A stretch of 64,000 bases of DNA from the sequence record MK962750; one strand, given 5' to 3'. The notes below the pieces were generated by a model. It was given only the letters and a program-made list of their open reading frames with translations, was not told the DNA's origin and ran no database searches. Made by a program: the position numbers and the translations under genes. The DNA comes from Shigella phage CM8. Below, in pieces: positions 17,638 to 35,177 of this stretch (within the stretch, counting starts at the first letter, position 1; each line of letters opens with the position of its first letter).

Positions 17638-20600
17638 CAGTAAAAGCACCTTCAGTCACTAGTCTCAGAATTTCCAAGTTATCCGCAAATCAGGTGCAAG
17701 TACGCTGGGATGACGTTGGTGCTAATTTCTACTATTTTGTAGAAATCGCTGAGACAAAAACAGACTCGGGGGAAAATCTCCCGAGTGATCAATATCGTTG
17801 GATTAATTTAGGATATACAGCAAACAATAGTTTCTTTTTTGATGATGCTGATCCACTAACATCATACATCATTAGAGTAGCTACAGCTGCACAAGATTTT
17901 GAGCAATCTGATTGGGTTTATACGGAAGAGTTTGAAACTTTTGCTACGAATGCTTACACATTTCAAAACATGATTGAAATGCAATTAGCCAATAAATTCA
18001 TTCAGGAAAAGTTTACTCTTAACAATTCTAATTATGTCAATTTTAATAATGACACTATAATGGCTGCATTGATGAATGAATCGTTCCAATTCAGCCCATC
18101 ATATGTTGATGTTTCATCAATCAGTAATTTTATTATTGGTGAAAATGAGTATCATGAAATACAAGGTTCCATTCAGCAAGTATGTAAGGATATTAACCGA
18201 GTTTATTTAATGGAATCAGAAGGGATTCTATATCTTTTTGAGCGTTATCAACCCGTGGTTAAAGTATCTAATGATAAAGGACAAACCTGGAAAGCTGTAA
18301 AGCTCTTCAATGACCGTGTAGGATATCCTTTATCTAAGACAGTATATTACCAATCTGCGAACACTACATACGTTCTAGGATACGACAAGATTTTCTATGG
18401 CCGCAAATCTACTGATGTTAGATGGTCAGCCGATGATGTCAGATTTAGTTCACAGGATATAACATTCGCTAAACTTGGCGACCAATTACATCTAGGATTT
18501 GATGTAGAAATTTTTGCCACTTACGCGACTTTACCAGCGAATGTATATCGTATAGCTGAAGCCATTACTTGTACGGATGATTATATCTATGTTGTCGCCA
18601 GAGACAAAGTTAGATACATAAAAACGAGTAATGCACCTATAGATTCTGATCCATTATCTCCAACATATTCGGAAAGACTTTTTGAACCTGATACCATGAC
18701 TATAACCGGAAATCCTAAAGCAGTATGCTATAAAATGGATTCTATTGGTGATAAAGTTTTTGCTCTTATTATCGGTGAAGTTGAAACATTAAATGCTAAT
18801 CCTAGAACGTCAAAAATAATTGATTCTACTGATAAAGGAATATATGTTTTAAATCATGACACAAAAACGTGGAAAAGAGTTTTTGGCAACACTGAAGAAG
18901 AAAGAAGACGTATTCAACCTGGGTATGCGAATATGTCAACTGATGGTAAATTAGTTTCTCTATCTTCGAGTAATTTTAAATTTTTAAATGATAACGTTGT
19001 TAATGACCCTGAAACTGTAGCAAAATATCAGTTAATCGGTGCCGTTAAATATGAATTTCCTCGTGAATGGTTAGCTGATAAGCATTATCATATGATGGCA
19101 TTTATAGCAGATGAAAAGTCTGATTGGGAAACTTTTACGCCTCAGCCAATGAAATACTACGCAGAACCGTTCTTTAATTGGTCTAAAAAATCTAACACAC
19201 GCTGTTGGATAAACAACTCTAATAGAGCTGTAGTAGTTTATGCTGATTTAAAATACACTAAAGTTATAGAAAATATTCCGGAAACATCACCAGATAGATT
19301 AGTTCATGAATACTGGGATGATGGTGATTGTACGATAGTAATGCCAAATGTTAAATTCACGGGATTTAAAAAATATGCGTCTGGGATGCTTTTTTATAAA
19401 TCTTCTGGTGAAATAATTTCTTATTATGATTTTAACTATCGTGTGAGAGATACAGTAGAAATTATTTGGAAGCCGACTGGAGTATTTTTAAAAGCATTTT
19501 TACAAAACCAAGAGCATGAGACTCCTTGGTCGCCAGAAGAAGAGCATGGATTAGCTGACCCTGATTTAAGACCATTAATTGGCACAATGATGCCTGATTC
19601 TTATTTGTTGCAGGATTCGAATTTTGAGGCATTTTGTGAAGCATATATTCAATATCTTTCTGACGGATACGGAACTCAGTATAATAATTTACGAAATTTA
19701 ATTCGTAATCAGTATCCACGAGAAGAGCATGCGTGGGAATATTTGTGGTCAGAGATATATAAAAGAAACATTTATTTAAATGCTGACAAACGTGATGCTG
19801 TTGCAAGATTTTTTGAATCACGTAGTTATGATTTTTATTCTACTAAAGGAATTGAAGCATCATACAAATTTCTTTTTAAAGTTCTTTATAATGAAGAAGT
19901 TGAAATTGAAATTGAATCTGGAGCTGGTACTGAATATGATATAATCGTTCAATCTGATTCTTTGACTGAGGATTTAGTAGGACAAACGATTTATACAGCT
20001 ACAGGAAGATGTAATGTTACTTATATAGAAAGAAGTTATTCTAACGGTAAATTGCAATGGACCGTGACTATACATAATCTTTTGGGGCGTTTAATAGCAG
20101 GGCAAGAAGTTAAAGCAGAAAGACTTCCTAGTTTTGAAGGCGAAATTATTCGTGGGGTTAAAGGAAAGGATTTGCTTCAAAATAATATAGACTATATTAA
20201 TAGAAGTCGATCATATTATGTAATGAAAATTAAATCCAATTTACCTTCTTCTCGTTGGAAATCTGACGTTATTCGTTTTGTTCATCCAGTAGGATTTGGA
20301 TTTATAGCAATCACGCTTTTAACTATGTTTATTAATGTCGGTTTAACTCTTAAACACACAGAGACAATAATTAATAAATATAAAAACTACAAATGGGATT
20401 CTGGATTGCCTACTGAATATGCTGATAGAGTAGCTAAATTAACTCCAACTGGCGAAATTGAACATGATTCAGTAACAGGAGAAGCAATTTATGAACCTGG
20501 CCCAATGGCTGGTGTAAAATATCCTCTTCCTGATGACTATAATGCTGAAAATAATAATTCAATATTTCAAGGTCAATTGCCTTCTGAACGACGCAAGTTA

Positions 20601-20732
20601 ATGAGTCCTCTATTTGACGCATCTGGAACAACATTTGCACAATTTAGGGATTTAGTTAATAAACGTCTAAAAGATAATATAGGAAATCCAAGAGACCCTG
20701 AAAATCCAACACAGGTTAAAATAGATGAATGA
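17634..20732 (+). CDS. 7: gp7 baseplate wedge initiator
   Basis: 1032 aa; synteny; start overlaps gp6 stop. Confidence 0.9.
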   Translation: MTVKAPSVTSLRISKLSANQVQVRWDDVGANFYYFVEIAETKTDSGENLPSDQYRWINLGYTANNSFFFDDADPLTSYIIRVATAAQDFEQSDWVYTEEFETFATNAYTFQNMIEMQLANKFIQEKFTLNNSNYVNFNNDTIMAALMNESFQFSPSYVDVSSISNFIIGENEYHEIQGSIQQVCKDINRVYLMESEGILYLFERYQPVVKVSNDKGQTWKAVKLFNDRVGYPLSKTVYYQSANTTYVLGYDKIFYGRKSTDVRWSADDVRFSSQDITFAKLGDQLHLGFDVEIFATYATLPANVYRIAEAITCTDDYIYVVARDKVRYIKTSNAPIDSDPLSPTYSERLFEPDTMTITGNPKAVCYKMDSIGDKVFALIIGEVETLNANPRTSKIIDSTDKGIYVLNHDTKTWKRVFGNTEEERRRIQPGYANMSTDGKLVSLSSSNFKFLNDNVVNDPETVAKYQLIGAVKYEFPREWLADKHYHMMAFIADEKSDWETFTPQPMKYYAEPFFNWSKKSNTRCWINNSNRAVVVYADLKYTKVIENIPETSPDRLVHEYWDDGDCTIVMPNVKFTGFKKYASGMLFYKSSGEIISYYDFNYRVRDTVEIIWKPTGVFLKAFLQNQEHETPWSPEEEHGLADPDLRPLIGTMMPDSYLLQDSNFEAFCEAYIQYLSDGYGTQYNNLRNLIRNQYPREEHAWEYLWSEIYKRNIYLNADKRDAVARFFESRSYDFYSTKGIEASYKFLFKVLYNEEVEIEIESGAGTEYDIIVQSDSLTEDLVGQTIYTATGRCNVTYIERSYSNGKLQWTVTIHNLLGRLIAGQEVKAERLPSFEGEIIRGVKGKDLLQNNIDYINRSRSYYVMKIKSNLPSSRWKSDVIRFVHPVGFGFIAITLLTMFINVGLTLKHTETIINKYKNYKWDSGLPTEYADRVAKLTPTGEIEHDSVTGEAIYEPGPMAGVKYPLPDDYNAENNNSIFQGQLPSERRKLMSPLFDASGTTFAQFRDLVNKRLKDNIGNPRDPENPTQVKIDE

Positions 20733-21729
20733 TTCAAGTGTTATCTATCGTGCGATAGTTACTTCAAAATTTAGAACAGAAAAAATGTTGAATTTTTATA
20801 ATTCAATTGGGAGTGGTCCGGATAAAAACACTATCTTTATCACATTTGGAAGATCAGAACCGTGGTCATCAAATGAAAATGAGGTGGGCTTTGCCCCACC
20901 TTATCCAACCGATTCTGTATTAGGCGTAACTGACATGTGGACGCATATGATGGGAACAGTAAAAGTTCTTCCATCAATGCTTGACGCTGTTATTCCTCGC
21001 AGAGATTGGGGAGATACTAGATATCCGGATCCATACACATTTAGAATTAACGATATTGTAGTGTGTAACTCAGCTCCTTACAACGCTACTGAATCAGGCG
21101 CAGGCTGGTTAGTATATCGTTGTTTAGATGTTCCTGATACCGGAATGTGTTCAATAGCATCTTTAACTAATAAGGATGAATGCCTCAAATTAGGCGGAAA
21201 ATGGACTCCTTCTGTTAGGTCAATGACTCCTCCTGAAGGTCGAGGAGATGCGGAAGGAACAATCGAACCTGGAGACGGATATGTTTGGGAATATCTTTTT
21301 GAGATTCCGCCCGATGTATCTATAAATAGATGCACAAATGAATATATCGTAGTTCCTTGGCCTGAGGAATTAAAAGAAGATCCAACTAGATGGGGGTATG
21401 AAGATAATCTCACTTGGCAACAAGATGATTTTGGATTAATTTACCGGGTTAAGGCAAATACTATCCGTTTTAAAGCATATTTAGATTCAGTTTACTTTCC
21501 TGATGCTGCATTGCCAGGAAATAAAGGATTTAGACAAATATCAATAATCACAAATCCTCTTGAAGCTAAAGCTCATCCAAATGACCCAAATGTTAAAGCT
21601 GAAAAGGATTATTATGATCCAGAAGATTTAATGAGGCATTCGGGCGAAATGATTTATATGGAAAATAGGCCACCTATTATCATGGCAATGGATCAGACAG
21701 AAGAAATCAATATTCTGTTTACATTTTAA
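20725..21729 (+). CDS. 8: gp8 baseplate wedge protein
   Basis: 334 aa; followed by hairpin terminator and late promoter. Confidence 0.9.
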   Translation: MNDSSVIYRAIVTSKFRTEKMLNFYNSIGSGPDKNTIFITFGRSEPWSSNENEVGFAPPYPTDSVLGVTDMWTHMMGTVKVLPSMLDAVIPRRDWGDTRYPDPYTFRINDIVVCNSAPYNATESGAGWLVYRCLDVPDTGMCSIASLTNKDECLKLGGKWTPSVRSMTPPEGRGDAEGTIEPGDGYVWEYLFEIPPDVSINRCTNEYIVVPWPEELKEDPTRWGYEDNLTWQQDDFGLIYRVKANTIRFKAYLDSVYFPDAALPGNKGFRQISIITNPLEAKAHPNDPNVKAEKDYYDPEDLMRHSGEMIYMENRPPIIMAMDQTEEINILFTF

Positions 21730-21733
21730 ATTA

Positions 21734-21753
21734 AGGGAGCCCATGGGCTCCCT
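21734..21753 (+). terminator. hairpin terminator after gene 8
   Basis: agggagccc-atgggctccct followed by T-run. Confidence 0.7.
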
Positions 21754-21760
21754 TTTTCTT

Positions 21761-21768
21761 TATAAATA
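21761..21768 (+). promoter_or_regulatory. late promoter TATAAATA (gene 9)
   Basis: Consensus between gp8 terminator and gp9 start. Confidence 0.7.
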
Positions 21769-21792
21769 CTATAAACTCATAAGGAAACCGCT

Positions 21793-22659
21793 ATGTTCAT
21801 TCAAGAACCAAAGAAATTGATTGATACCGGCGAAATTGGTAACGCTTCTACTGGTGATATCTTATTCGACGGTGGTAATAAAATTAATAGTGATTTTAAC
21901 GCAATTTATAATGCGTTTGGCGATCAGCGTAAAATGGCAGTAGCAAATGGCACTGGAGCAGATGGTCAAATTATCCATGCTACTGGATATTATCAAAAAC
22001 ACTCTATTGCTGAGTATGCAACTCCAGTAAAAGTTGGCACTAGACATGATATTGATACCTCTACTGTAGGTGTTAAAGTTATCATTGAAAGAGGAGAACT
22101 TGGCGATTGTGTTGAATTCATTAATTCTAATGGATCAATATCAGTTACTAATCCTTTAACGATTCAGGCTATTGATTCAATTAAAGGTGTTTCAGGTAAT
22201 TTGGTAGTAACTACTCCATATAGTAAAGTTACTTTACGCTGTATTTCATCTGATAATTCTACGTCGATTTGGAATTATTCTATTGAAAGCATGTTTGGTC
22301 AAAAGGAATCACCAGTTGAAGGTACGTGGAATATTTCTACATCTGGATTAGTTGACATTCCATTGTTTCATCGCACTGAATATAACATGGCTAAATTGTT
22401 AGTTACATGCCAGTCAGCAGATGGAAGAAAAATTAAAACAGCAGAAATAAATATTCTTGTGGATATTGTTAATTCAGAGGTCATTTCTTCTGAATATGCT
22501 GTCATGCGAGTTGGGAATGAAACCGAAGAAGACGAAATCGCTAATATTGCATTTAGTATTAAAGAAAATTATGTAACGGCGACTATAAGTTCTTCAACTG
22601 TCGGTATGAGAGCAGCAGTTAAAGTTATCGCTACGCAGAAAATCGGGGTGGCTCAATAA
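21793..22659 (+). CDS. 9: gp9 baseplate wedge / long tail fibre socket
   Basis: 288 aa; TATAAATA upstream. Confidence 0.9.
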   Translation: MFIQEPKKLIDTGEIGNASTGDILFDGGNKINSDFNAIYNAFGDQRKMAVANGTGADGQIIHATGYYQKHSIAEYATPVKVGTRHDIDTSTVGVKVIIERGELGDCVEFINSNGSISVTNPLTIQAIDSIKGVSGNLVVTTPYSKVTLRCISSDNSTSIWNYSIESMFGQKESPVEGTWNISTSGLVDIPLFHRTEYNMAKLLVTCQSADGRKIKTAEINILVDIVNSEVISSEYAVMRVGNETEEDEIANIAFSIKENYVTATISSSTVGMRAAVKVIATQKIGVAQ

Positions 22660-24464
22660 TGAAACAAAATATTAATATCGGTAATGTTGTAGATGATGGT
22701 ACCGGTGACTACCTGCGTAAAGGTGGTATAAAAATAAATGAAAACTTTGATGAGCTTTATTACGAGCTTGGTGACGGTGATGTTCCATATTCAGCTGGTG
22801 CCTGGAAAACTTATAATGCTTCATCAGGACAAACATTAACAGCAGAATGGGGAAAATCATATGCCATTAACACTTCATCTGGAAGAGTAACTCTACAACT
22901 TCCTAAAGGAACCGTTAATGATTATAATAAAGTAATTAAAGCTAGGGATGTATTTGCAACATGGAATGTTAATCCAGTTACTCTAGTAGCCGCTTCTGGT
23001 GATACTATTAAAGGATCATCGTCATCAGTTGAAATTAATGTTCAATTTAGCGATTTAGAATTAGTTTATTGTGCTCCAGGACGTTGGGAATATGTCAAAA
23101 ACAAACAAATTGACAAAATTATTAGTTCAGATATTAGTAATGTAGCACGTAAAGAATTTTTAGTCGAAGTTCAAGGACAAACAGACTTTTTAGATGTTTT
23201 CCGTGGAACTAGCTATAATGTTAATAACATCCGAGTAAAACACCGCGGTAATGAATTATATTATGGCGATGTATTTAGTGAAAACAGTGACTTTGGCTCT
23301 CCTGGGGAAAATGAAGGAGAATTGATTCCTCTTGATGGATTTAATATTAGGTTAAGACAGCCTTGTAATATTGGTGACACTGTTCAAATTGAAACATTTA
23401 TGGATGGTGTATCACAATGGAGAAGTTCATATACAAGACGCCAAATAAAAGTACTGGATTCAAAACTAACATCAAAGACTTCTTTAGAAGGAAGCATTTA
23501 TGTTACTGATTTATCAGCGATGAAATCAATTCCATTTTCTGCATTTGGATTAATTCCTGGTGAACCCATTAATCCTAACTCTCTTGAGGTTCGTTTTAAT
23601 GGAATTTTACAACAACAAGCTGGAACAGCCGGATATCCTCTGTTTTTGTGTGAAGGTGCTAATTCAGATACGCAAGAAGGATGTATATCTCTTGGTGGTG
23701 AATGGAAGGAATCGAATACAGATTATTCTATAGAATATGAAGATGGAAAACCTGTCAGTCTTTTATTTGATAGAAAATTTGAATCCGGTGATATAATCGT
23801 TATAACATGGTTCAATAATGATTTAGGAACTCTTTTAGAAAAAGATGACATTATTGAATTAACTGATGACCGTTATGTTAGTAAAGGATCATCTACTGAA
23901 GTTACTGGTGATGTAGCCTTAACAGATTTTGATAAAATCGGTTGGCCAAATGTTGAAAAAGTTGATTCTTATACTAGAACGTATAATTCAATATCATCTA
24001 TTTTCGACAGCATTTATCCTGTTGGTTCAATTTATGAAAATGCTATAAATCCAAATAATCCAGTGACTTATATGGGATTTGGTTCATGGAAATTATTTGG
24101 TAAAGGGCAGGTTTTAGTAGGATGGAATGATGATGTTACAGATCCAAACTTTGCATTAAACAATAATGATTTAGATTCTAGCGGAAATCCTTCACATACC
24201 GCCGGTGGAACAGTTGGTACAACATCAGTAACGCTTGAAAACGCAAATCTTCCTGCGACTAAAACTGATGAAAGAGTTTTAATTGAAGACGAAAATGGAT
24301 CAGTTATTATTGGAGGATGTCAATATGACCCAGACGAAACTGGTCCTATATATACAAAATATCGTGAAGACTACGCAACAACAAACTCTTCACATACTCC
24401 TCCTACTAATATTAGTAATATTCAACCGTCTATTACTGTATACCGTTGGATAAGGATTGCATAA
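22659..24464 (+). CDS. 10: gp10 baseplate wedge protein
   Basis: 601 aa; synteny. Confidence 0.9.
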   Translation: MKQNINIGNVVDDGTGDYLRKGGIKINENFDELYYELGDGDVPYSAGAWKTYNASSGQTLTAEWGKSYAINTSSGRVTLQLPKGTVNDYNKVIKARDVFATWNVNPVTLVAASGDTIKGSSSSVEINVQFSDLELVYCAPGRWEYVKNKQIDKIISSDISNVARKEFLVEVQGQTDFLDVFRGTSYNVNNIRVKHRGNELYYGDVFSENSDFGSPGENEGELIPLDGFNIRLRQPCNIGDTVQIETFMDGVSQWRSSYTRRQIKVLDSKLTSKTSLEGSIYVTDLSAMKSIPFSAFGLIPGEPINPNSLEVRFNGILQQQAGTAGYPLFLCEGANSDTQEGCISLGGEWKESNTDYSIEYEDGKPVSLLFDRKFESGDIIVITWFNNDLGTLLEKDDIIELTDDRYVSKGSSTEVTGDVALTDFDKIGWPNVEKVDSYTRTYNSISSIFDSIYPVGSIYENAINPNNPVTYMGFGSWKLFGKGQVLVGWNDDVTDPNFALNNNDLDSSGNPSHTAGGTVGTTSVTLENANLPATKTDERVLIEDENGSVIIGGCQYDPDETGPIYTKYREDYATTNSSHTPPTNISNIQPSITVYRWIRIA

Positions 24465-25123
24465 TGAGTTTACTTAATAATAAAGCGGGAGTTATTTCCC
24501 GCTTAGCAGATTTTCTTGGTTTTAGAACTAAGAAAAATGATATTTCGGTTATGAATAATCAGCCGGTAGGCGCTGTAACAATTTCACAAATAGCAAAAGG
24601 TTTTTATGACCCAAATGTAGAATCTGCTATCAATGATGTTAGAAATATGGCAGAGCAACAGGTTGGAGCTGTATTAATTAATATAAGCGGCGTATCTCCT
24701 ACTGGAGTGCAACAAACAGACTATTGGTCATTTGAAGGAACTGTTACTGATACTTCAGCCAAACCAGGTGACCCAGTTATTGTTAACATGTTTGGTATTC
24801 CAGTTAAAGCTACTAACGGAATGACTTCAATTGAATTTACCAGTGCCGTTAGAATAGCTCTACAGGAAATGGTTGCAAAATTTATTGCAATTGATTCATT
24901 TGAAGACCATCCTACCATAGGAAATAAAATACAAGTTAAGTATTTAGATAACCAAGAACATATCTTAGAGCAATACTCTGATAAAGGAATTACTTTCAAG
25001 CAAGAAATAATTTCTCCTTCTAAACCTGGATATGGAACTTGGCAATTATTAGGTGCGCAAACTGTCACGTTAGATAGTCACACACAACCTACAGTATTTT
25101 ATTATTTTGAGAGAATAGCATGA
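24464..25123 (+). CDS. 11: gp11 baseplate wedge / short tail fibre attachment
   Basis: 219 aa from ATG overlapping gp10 stop (TAATG); ORF track start 24446 is TTG. Confidence 0.85.
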   Translation: MSLLNNKAGVISRLADFLGFRTKKNDISVMNNQPVGAVTISQIAKGFYDPNVESAINDVRNMAEQQVGAVLINISGVSPTGVQQTDYWSFEGTVTDTSAKPGDPVIVNMFGIPVKATNGMTSIEFTSAVRIALQEMVAKFIAIDSFEDHPTIGNKIQVKYLDNQEHILEQYSDKGITFKQEIISPSKPGYGTWQLLGAQTVTLDSHTQPTVFYYFERIA

Positions 25124-26670
25124 GTAATAATACATATCAGCACGTATCAAATGAATCAAAATATGTTAAATTCGATCCCATTGGATCGAATTTTCCTGAC
25201 ACTGTTACGACGGTTCAGTCTGCATTATCAAAAATAAGTAATATCGGCGTAAATGGTATTCCTGATGCAACTATGGAAGTTAAAGGAATAGCAATGATTG
25301 CATCAGAGCAAGAGGTTTTAGATGGAACAAATAATTCTAAAATCGTTACACCAGCTACATTAGCAACAAGATTATTGTATCCAAATGCTACTGAAACTAA
25401 ATATGGTTTAACGCGTTATTCAACAAATGAAGAAACATTAGAAGGCTCAGATAATAATTCATCAATAACACCGCAAAAACTGAAATACCATACTGATGAT
25501 GTGTTCCAAAATAGATATTCGTCTGAGTCATCAAACGGGGTTATTAAAATATCATCTACGCCTGCAGCTTTGGCTGGTGTCGATGATACTACGGCGATGA
25601 CTCCGCTGAAAACCCAAAAACTTGCAATAAAATTAATTTCACAAATAGCTCCTTCAGAAGACACTGCAACAGAATCTGTGAGAGGAGTAGTTCAATTATC
25701 TACTGTTGCACAAACTCGTCAAGGAACTCTCCGCGAAGGATATGCAATTTCCCCGTATACCTTTATGAATTCTGTTGCAACACAAGAATATAAGGGTGTT
25801 ATACGTCTAGGAACACAAGCAGAAATTAATAATAATTTGGGGGATGTTGCAGTAACAGGTGAAACACTAAATGGTCGAGGAGCTACCGGTTCTATGCGTG
25901 GGGTAGTAAAATTAACGACGCAAGCTGGTATTGCTCCTGAAGGTGATAGCTCTGGGGCATTAGCCTGGAACGCAGATGTAATTAATACTCGTGGTGGACA
26001 AACTATTAATGGTTCTTTAAATTTAGATCATCTCACAGCAAATGGAATTTGGTCGCGCGGCGGAATGTGGAAAAATGGCGATCAACCTGTTGCCACTGAA
26101 AGATATGCGTCCGAAAGGGTTCCGGTTGGAACTATTATGATGTTTGCGGGTGATTCAGCACCTCCAGGTTGGATTATGTGTCATGGTGGAACTGTGTCAG
26201 GAGACCAATATCCTGATTATAGAAACACTGTTGGAACAAGATTTGGTGGGGATTGGAATAATCCAGGGATTCCTGATATGCGAGGTCTTTTTGTTAGAGG
26301 AGCGGGCACCGGTGGTCATATTTTAAATCAACGAGGACAAGATGGTTATGGGAAGGATAGACTGGGCGTAGGATGTGACGGAATGCATGTTGGTGGTGTT
26401 CAGGCACAACAAATGTCATACCATAAACATGCTGGTGGTTGGGGTGAATATAACAGAAGTGAAGGCCCATTTGGCGCGTCAGTTTATCAAGGATATCTTG
26501 GAACTAGAAAATATTCCGACTGGGATAATGCTTCATACTTCACTAATGATGGATTTGAATTAGGTGGACCGAGAGATGCTCATGGTACACTTAATCGTGA
26601 AGGATTAATTGGTTATGAAACTAGACCATGGAATATATCATTAAACTATATTATTAAAGTTCATTACTAA
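25120..26670 (+). CDS. 12: gp12 short tail fibre
   Basis: 516 aa, Gly/Thr-rich fibrous protein; synteny. Confidence 0.9.
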   Translation: MSNNTYQHVSNESKYVKFDPIGSNFPDTVTTVQSALSKISNIGVNGIPDATMEVKGIAMIASEQEVLDGTNNSKIVTPATLATRLLYPNATETKYGLTRYSTNEETLEGSDNNSSITPQKLKYHTDDVFQNRYSSESSNGVIKISSTPAALAGVDDTTAMTPLKTQKLAIKLISQIAPSEDTATESVRGVVQLSTVAQTRQGTLREGYAISPYTFMNSVATQEYKGVIRLGTQAEINNNLGDVAVTGETLNGRGATGSMRGVVKLTTQAGIAPEGDSSGALAWNADVINTRGGQTINGSLNLDHLTANGIWSRGGMWKNGDQPVATERYASERVPVGTIMMFAGDSAPPGWIMCHGGTVSGDQYPDYRNTVGTRFGGDWNNPGIPDMRGLFVRGAGTGGHILNQRGQDGYGKDRLGVGCDGMHVGGVQAQQMSYHKHAGGWGEYNRSEGPFGASVYQGYLGTRKYSDWDNASYFTNDGFELGGPRDAHGTLNREGLIGYETRPWNISLNYIIKVHY

Positions 26671-26679
26671 GGATTACAA

Positions 26680-28137
26680 ATGATTGAATTAAAAGAGTTA
26701 CCTTTTGTTGATAGCGTTCCTGACGAAGGTCAGGAACGTATTTCATGGATTAAAAATGGTGAAGAAATATTAGGAGCTAGTACTAAGTATGGAAATGATG
26801 GATCAATGAATAGACCAATTGTTTCCGTGTTTAAAAACGTCGAAGTTCTTGATGAAAATGTGGGAATTCTTAAAACTGCCATTGAAACATCACAGAAAGA
26901 TATTAAAACAATTCAAGGAGTTTTAGATGTATCAGGAGATATAGAAGCACTATCGCAGATCAGTGTTAATAAAAATGACATATCGAATTTAAAGACACTT
27001 ACCAGTGAACACACTGATATATTAACTGGAACTAATAATACAGTTGACAAAATTATTGCTGATATAGGTCCATTTAATGATGAAGAAAACTCTGTTTATA
27101 GAACAATTAGAAATGATTTATTGTGGATTAAACAGGAATTAGGACAATATTCTGGCCAAGACATTAACGGTCTTCCTGTTGTTGGTAATGCTAGCACAGG
27201 AATGAAACACAGAATAATAACAAATAGTACATTATTATCTTCACAGGGCATTCGTTTAAGCGAATTAGAAAATAAATTTACTGAATCTGACGTAGGATCA
27301 TTAACTGTTGAAGTTGGTAAATTACGTGATGAACTTGGTAATAAACCAGTAGATTTTGGGCCAAATATTTATAATAGATTAAACACCATAGATGATAAAC
27401 AAACTTTAATAATTTCTGATATAGCAGAAATTAAATCTTCTATTGGATACCCAGAAAATGTTTCTATAATAACAGAAATTAATAATAACAAAAGTAGCAT
27501 TGAAGCTATTAATAATGAATTAAATCAGAGTGAAGGTGTTAAACAGCGCTTAACGGCTATTGAAACTTCTATAGGTTCAGATGATATTCCTTCTAGTATT
27601 AAAGGAAAAATTAAAAATCACACAACTTCTATTGAGTCTTTAAACGGAATTGTTGGTGAAAACACTTCGTCTGGTTTAAGAGCGAATGTTTCGTGGTTAA
27701 ATCAAATTGTTGGAACTGACTCCAGCGGAGGACAACCGTCTCCTTCTGGATCTCTATTAAATAAAGTTTCAGTGCTTGAAGGAGAAGTTTCAGTTTTAAA
27801 CAATAATGTTCAAAATATACAAGTTGAAATAGGAAATAATAGAACAGGAATTAAAGGTCAAGTTATTGAACTTACTTCACTTATAAATGGAAATAATCCT
27901 GACGGATCAACTGTTGAAGAACGAGGATTAACTAATTCTATAAAAACGAATGAAACCAACATTGCGGCAGTCACACATGAAGTAAATACAGCTAAAGACA
28001 ATATATCCTCTTTACAGAGCAGCGTTCAAGCTCTACAAGAAGCAGGTTATATTCCTGAAGCTCCAAAAGATGGCCAAGCTTACGTTCGTAAAGACGGCGA
28101 ATGGGTACTACTTTCTACCTTTTTATCACCAGCATAA
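26680..28137 (+). CDS. wac: fibritin (whisker antigen control)
   Basis: 485 aa coiled coil ending in the foldon [27 protein letters not shown]. Confidence 0.95.
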   Translation: MIELKELPFVDSVPDEGQERISWIKNGEEILGASTKYGNDGSMNRPIVSVFKNVEVLDENVGILKTAIETSQKDIKTIQGVLDVSGDIEALSQISVNKNDISNLKTLTSEHTDILTGTNNTVDKIIADIGPFNDEENSVYRTIRNDLLWIKQELGQYSGQDINGLPVVGNASTGMKHRIITNSTLLSSQGIRLSELENKFTESDVGSLTVEVGKLRDELGNKPVDFGPNIYNRLNTIDDKQTLIISDIAEIKSSIGYPENVSIITEINNNKSSIEAINNELNQSEGVKQRLTAIETSIGSDDIPSSIKGKIKNHTTSIESLNGIVGENTSSGLRANVSWLNQIVGTDSSGGQPSPSGSLLNKVSVLEGEVSVLNNNVQNIQVEIGNNRTGIKGQVIELTSLINGNNPDGSTVEERGLTNSIKTNETNIAAVTHEVNTAKDNISSLQSSVQALQEAGYIPEAPKDGQAYVRKDGEWVLLSTFLSPA

Positions 28138-28140
28138 CAT

Positions 28141-28156
28141 GGGGCCGCAAGGCCCC
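28141..28156 (+). terminator. hairpin after wac
   Basis: ggggcc-gcaa-ggcccc. Confidence 0.6.
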
Positions 28157-28168
28157 AAAGGATTTTAA

Positions 28169-29871
<1,703 letters not shown>

Positions 29872-29912
29872 TAAATATTATAAACTAATTAAAGCCCAGA
29901 TTAGGAGAAATC

Positions 29913-33050
<3,138 letters not shown>

Positions 33051-33081
33051 ATATATTAAAGCATATTAAAGAGGATTAAAA

Positions 33082-35061
33082 ATGACTTTATTATCTCCGG
33101 GCATTGAGCTCAAAGAAACTACGGTTCAAAGCATCGTGGTTAATAACTCTACTGGTACAGCAGCTTTGGCCGGTAAATTCCAGTGGGGTCCTGCTTTTCA
33201 GATTAAACAGGTTACAAACGAAGTAGATTTAGTTAATACTTTTGGTCAACCTACAGCTGAAACTGCTGACTATTTTATGTCTGCAATGAATTTCTTACAA
33301 TATGGAAATGATTTGCGAGTTGTGCGCGCTGTCGATAGAGATACCGCTAAAAACTCATCTCCGATTGCTGGTAATATTGAATACACAATTTCTACCCCAG
33401 GTAGTAACTACGCGGTTGGAGATAAAATCACGGTCAAATATGTTTCAGAAGATGTTGAAACAGAAGGTAAAATTACCGAAGTAGATGCTGATGGAAAAAT
33501 TAAGAAAATTAATATTCCTACTGCAAAAATTATTGCTAAAGCTAAAGAAGTTGGCGAATACCCAACATTAGGTTCTAACTGGACTGCAGAAATTTCTTCG
33601 TCTTCCTCTGGTTTAGCTGCAGTAATAACTCTTGGAAAAATTATTACTGATTCTGGTATTTTATTAGCTGAAATTGAAAATGCTGAAGCTGCTATGACAG
33701 CGGTTGACTTTCAAGCAAATCTCGAAAAATACGGAATTCCAGGAGTAGTAGCTCTCTATCCAGGCGAATTAGGCGATAAAATTGAAATTGAAATCGTATC
33801 TAAAGCTGACTATGCAAAAGGAGCTTCTGCATTACTCCCAATTTATCCGGGCGGTGGTACTCGCGCATCTACTGCTAAAGCAGTGTTTGGATATGGACCA
33901 CAAACTGATTCACAGTACGCTATTATAGTTCGTCGAAATGATGCTATTGTTCAAAGCGTTGTTCTTTCAACTAAGCGTGGTGAAAAAGATATTTACGATA
34001 GTAACATCTATATCGATGACTTTTTCGCAAAAGGTGGTTCAGAATATATTTTTGCAACTGCACAAAACTGGCCAGAAGGATTCTCTGGAATTTTAACTCT
34101 TTCTGGTGGATTATCATCAAATGCTGAAGTAACAGCAGGAGATTTGATGGAAGCTTGGGACTTCTTTGCTGACCGTGAATCCGTTGATGTTCAACTGTTT
34201 ATTGCGGGTTCTTGTGCCGGTGAATCTTTAGAAACAGCATCTACTGTCCAAAAACACGTCGTTTCAATTGGGGACGCTCGCCAAGATTGCTTAGTATTGT
34301 GCTCTCCTCCGCGTGAAACTGTAGTTGGAATTCCTGTAACTCGTGCTGTTGATAACTTAGTCAATTGGAGAACTGCAGCAGGTTCATACACTGATAATAA
34401 CTTTAATATCAGTTCAACCTATGCAGCAATTGATGGTAACTATAAGTATCAGTATGACAAATATAATGATGTGAATCGTTGGGTTCCATTAGCAGCTGAT
34501 ATTGCTGGTTTATGCGCAAGAACTGATAACGTATCTCAGACTTGGATGTCTCCAGCTGGTTATAATCGTGGTCAGATTCTTAACGTTATTAAACTGGCTA
34601 TTGAAACTCGCCAGGCTCAGCGCGACCGTTTATACCAAGAAGCTATCAACCCAGTAATTGGTACAGGTGGTGATGGTTACGTATTGTATGGTGATAAAAC
34701 AGCTACTTCTGTTCCTTCTCCATTTGATCGTATTAACGTTCGTCGTCTGTTTAATATGTTGAAAACTAATATCGGACGTAGTTCAAAATATCGTTTGTTC
34801 GAATTAAACAACGCGTTTACTCGTTCATCATTCCGCACAGAAATTGCCCAATACTTACAGGGAATTAAAGCTCTCGGTGGAATTTATGAATATCGTGTAG
34901 TTTGCGATACAACAAATAACACTCCGTCAGTAATTGATAGAAATGAGTTTGTTGCAACATTCTACATTCAACCGGCGCGCAGTATAAATTATATCCAGCT
35001 TAACTTCGTAGCAACTGCTACTGGTGCAGATTTCGATGAGTTAACTGGTCTTGCTGGTTAA
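33082..35061 (+). CDS. 18: gp18 contractile tail sheath
   Basis: 659 aa; synteny; followed by hairpin terminator. Confidence 0.95.
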   Translation: MTLLSPGIELKETTVQSIVVNNSTGTAALAGKFQWGPAFQIKQVTNEVDLVNTFGQPTAETADYFMSAMNFLQYGNDLRVVRAVDRDTAKNSSPIAGNIEYTISTPGSNYAVGDKITVKYVSEDVETEGKITEVDADGKIKKINIPTAKIIAKAKEVGEYPTLGSNWTAEISSSSSGLAAVITLGKIITDSGILLAEIENAEAAMTAVDFQANLEKYGIPGVVALYPGELGDKIEIEIVSKADYAKGASALLPIYPGGGTRASTAKAVFGYGPQTDSQYAIIVRRNDAIVQSVVLSTKRGEKDIYDSNIYIDDFFAKGGSEYIFATAQNWPEGFSGILTLSGGLSSNAEVTAGDLMEAWDFFADRESVDVQLFIAGSCAGESLETASTVQKHVVSIGDARQDCLVLCSPPRETVVGIPVTRAVDNLVNWRTAAGSYTDNNFNISSTYAAIDGNYKYQYDKYNDVNRWVPLAADIAGLCARTDNVSQTWMSPAGYNRGQILNVIKLAIETRQAQRDRLYQEAINPVIGTGGDGYVLYGDKTATSVPSPFDRINVRRLFNMLKTNIGRSSKYRLFELNNAFTRSSFRTEIAQYLQGIKALGGIYEYRVVCDTTNNTPSVIDRNEFVATFYIQPARSINYIQLNFVATATGADFDELTGLAG

Positions 35062-35077
35062 TACGGTGCATTCTAAA

Positions 35078-35095
35078 GGCCTGTTTCGGCAGGCC
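35078..35095 (+). terminator. hairpin terminator after gene 18
   Basis: ggcctg-tttcgg-caggcc. Confidence 0.6.
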
Positions 35096-35155
35096 ATATA
35101 AATACACTATATCCTTAATTCTTTAATTCTATATGCCCTAGGTTAAACATAGGGA

Positions 35156-35163
35156 TATAAATA
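35156..35163 (+). promoter_or_regulatory. late promoter TATAAATA (gene 19); a second copy at 35097-35104
   Basis: Two exact consensus copies between gp18 terminator and gp19. Confidence 0.7.
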
Positions 35164-35177
35164 CTACAGAGGCTAAT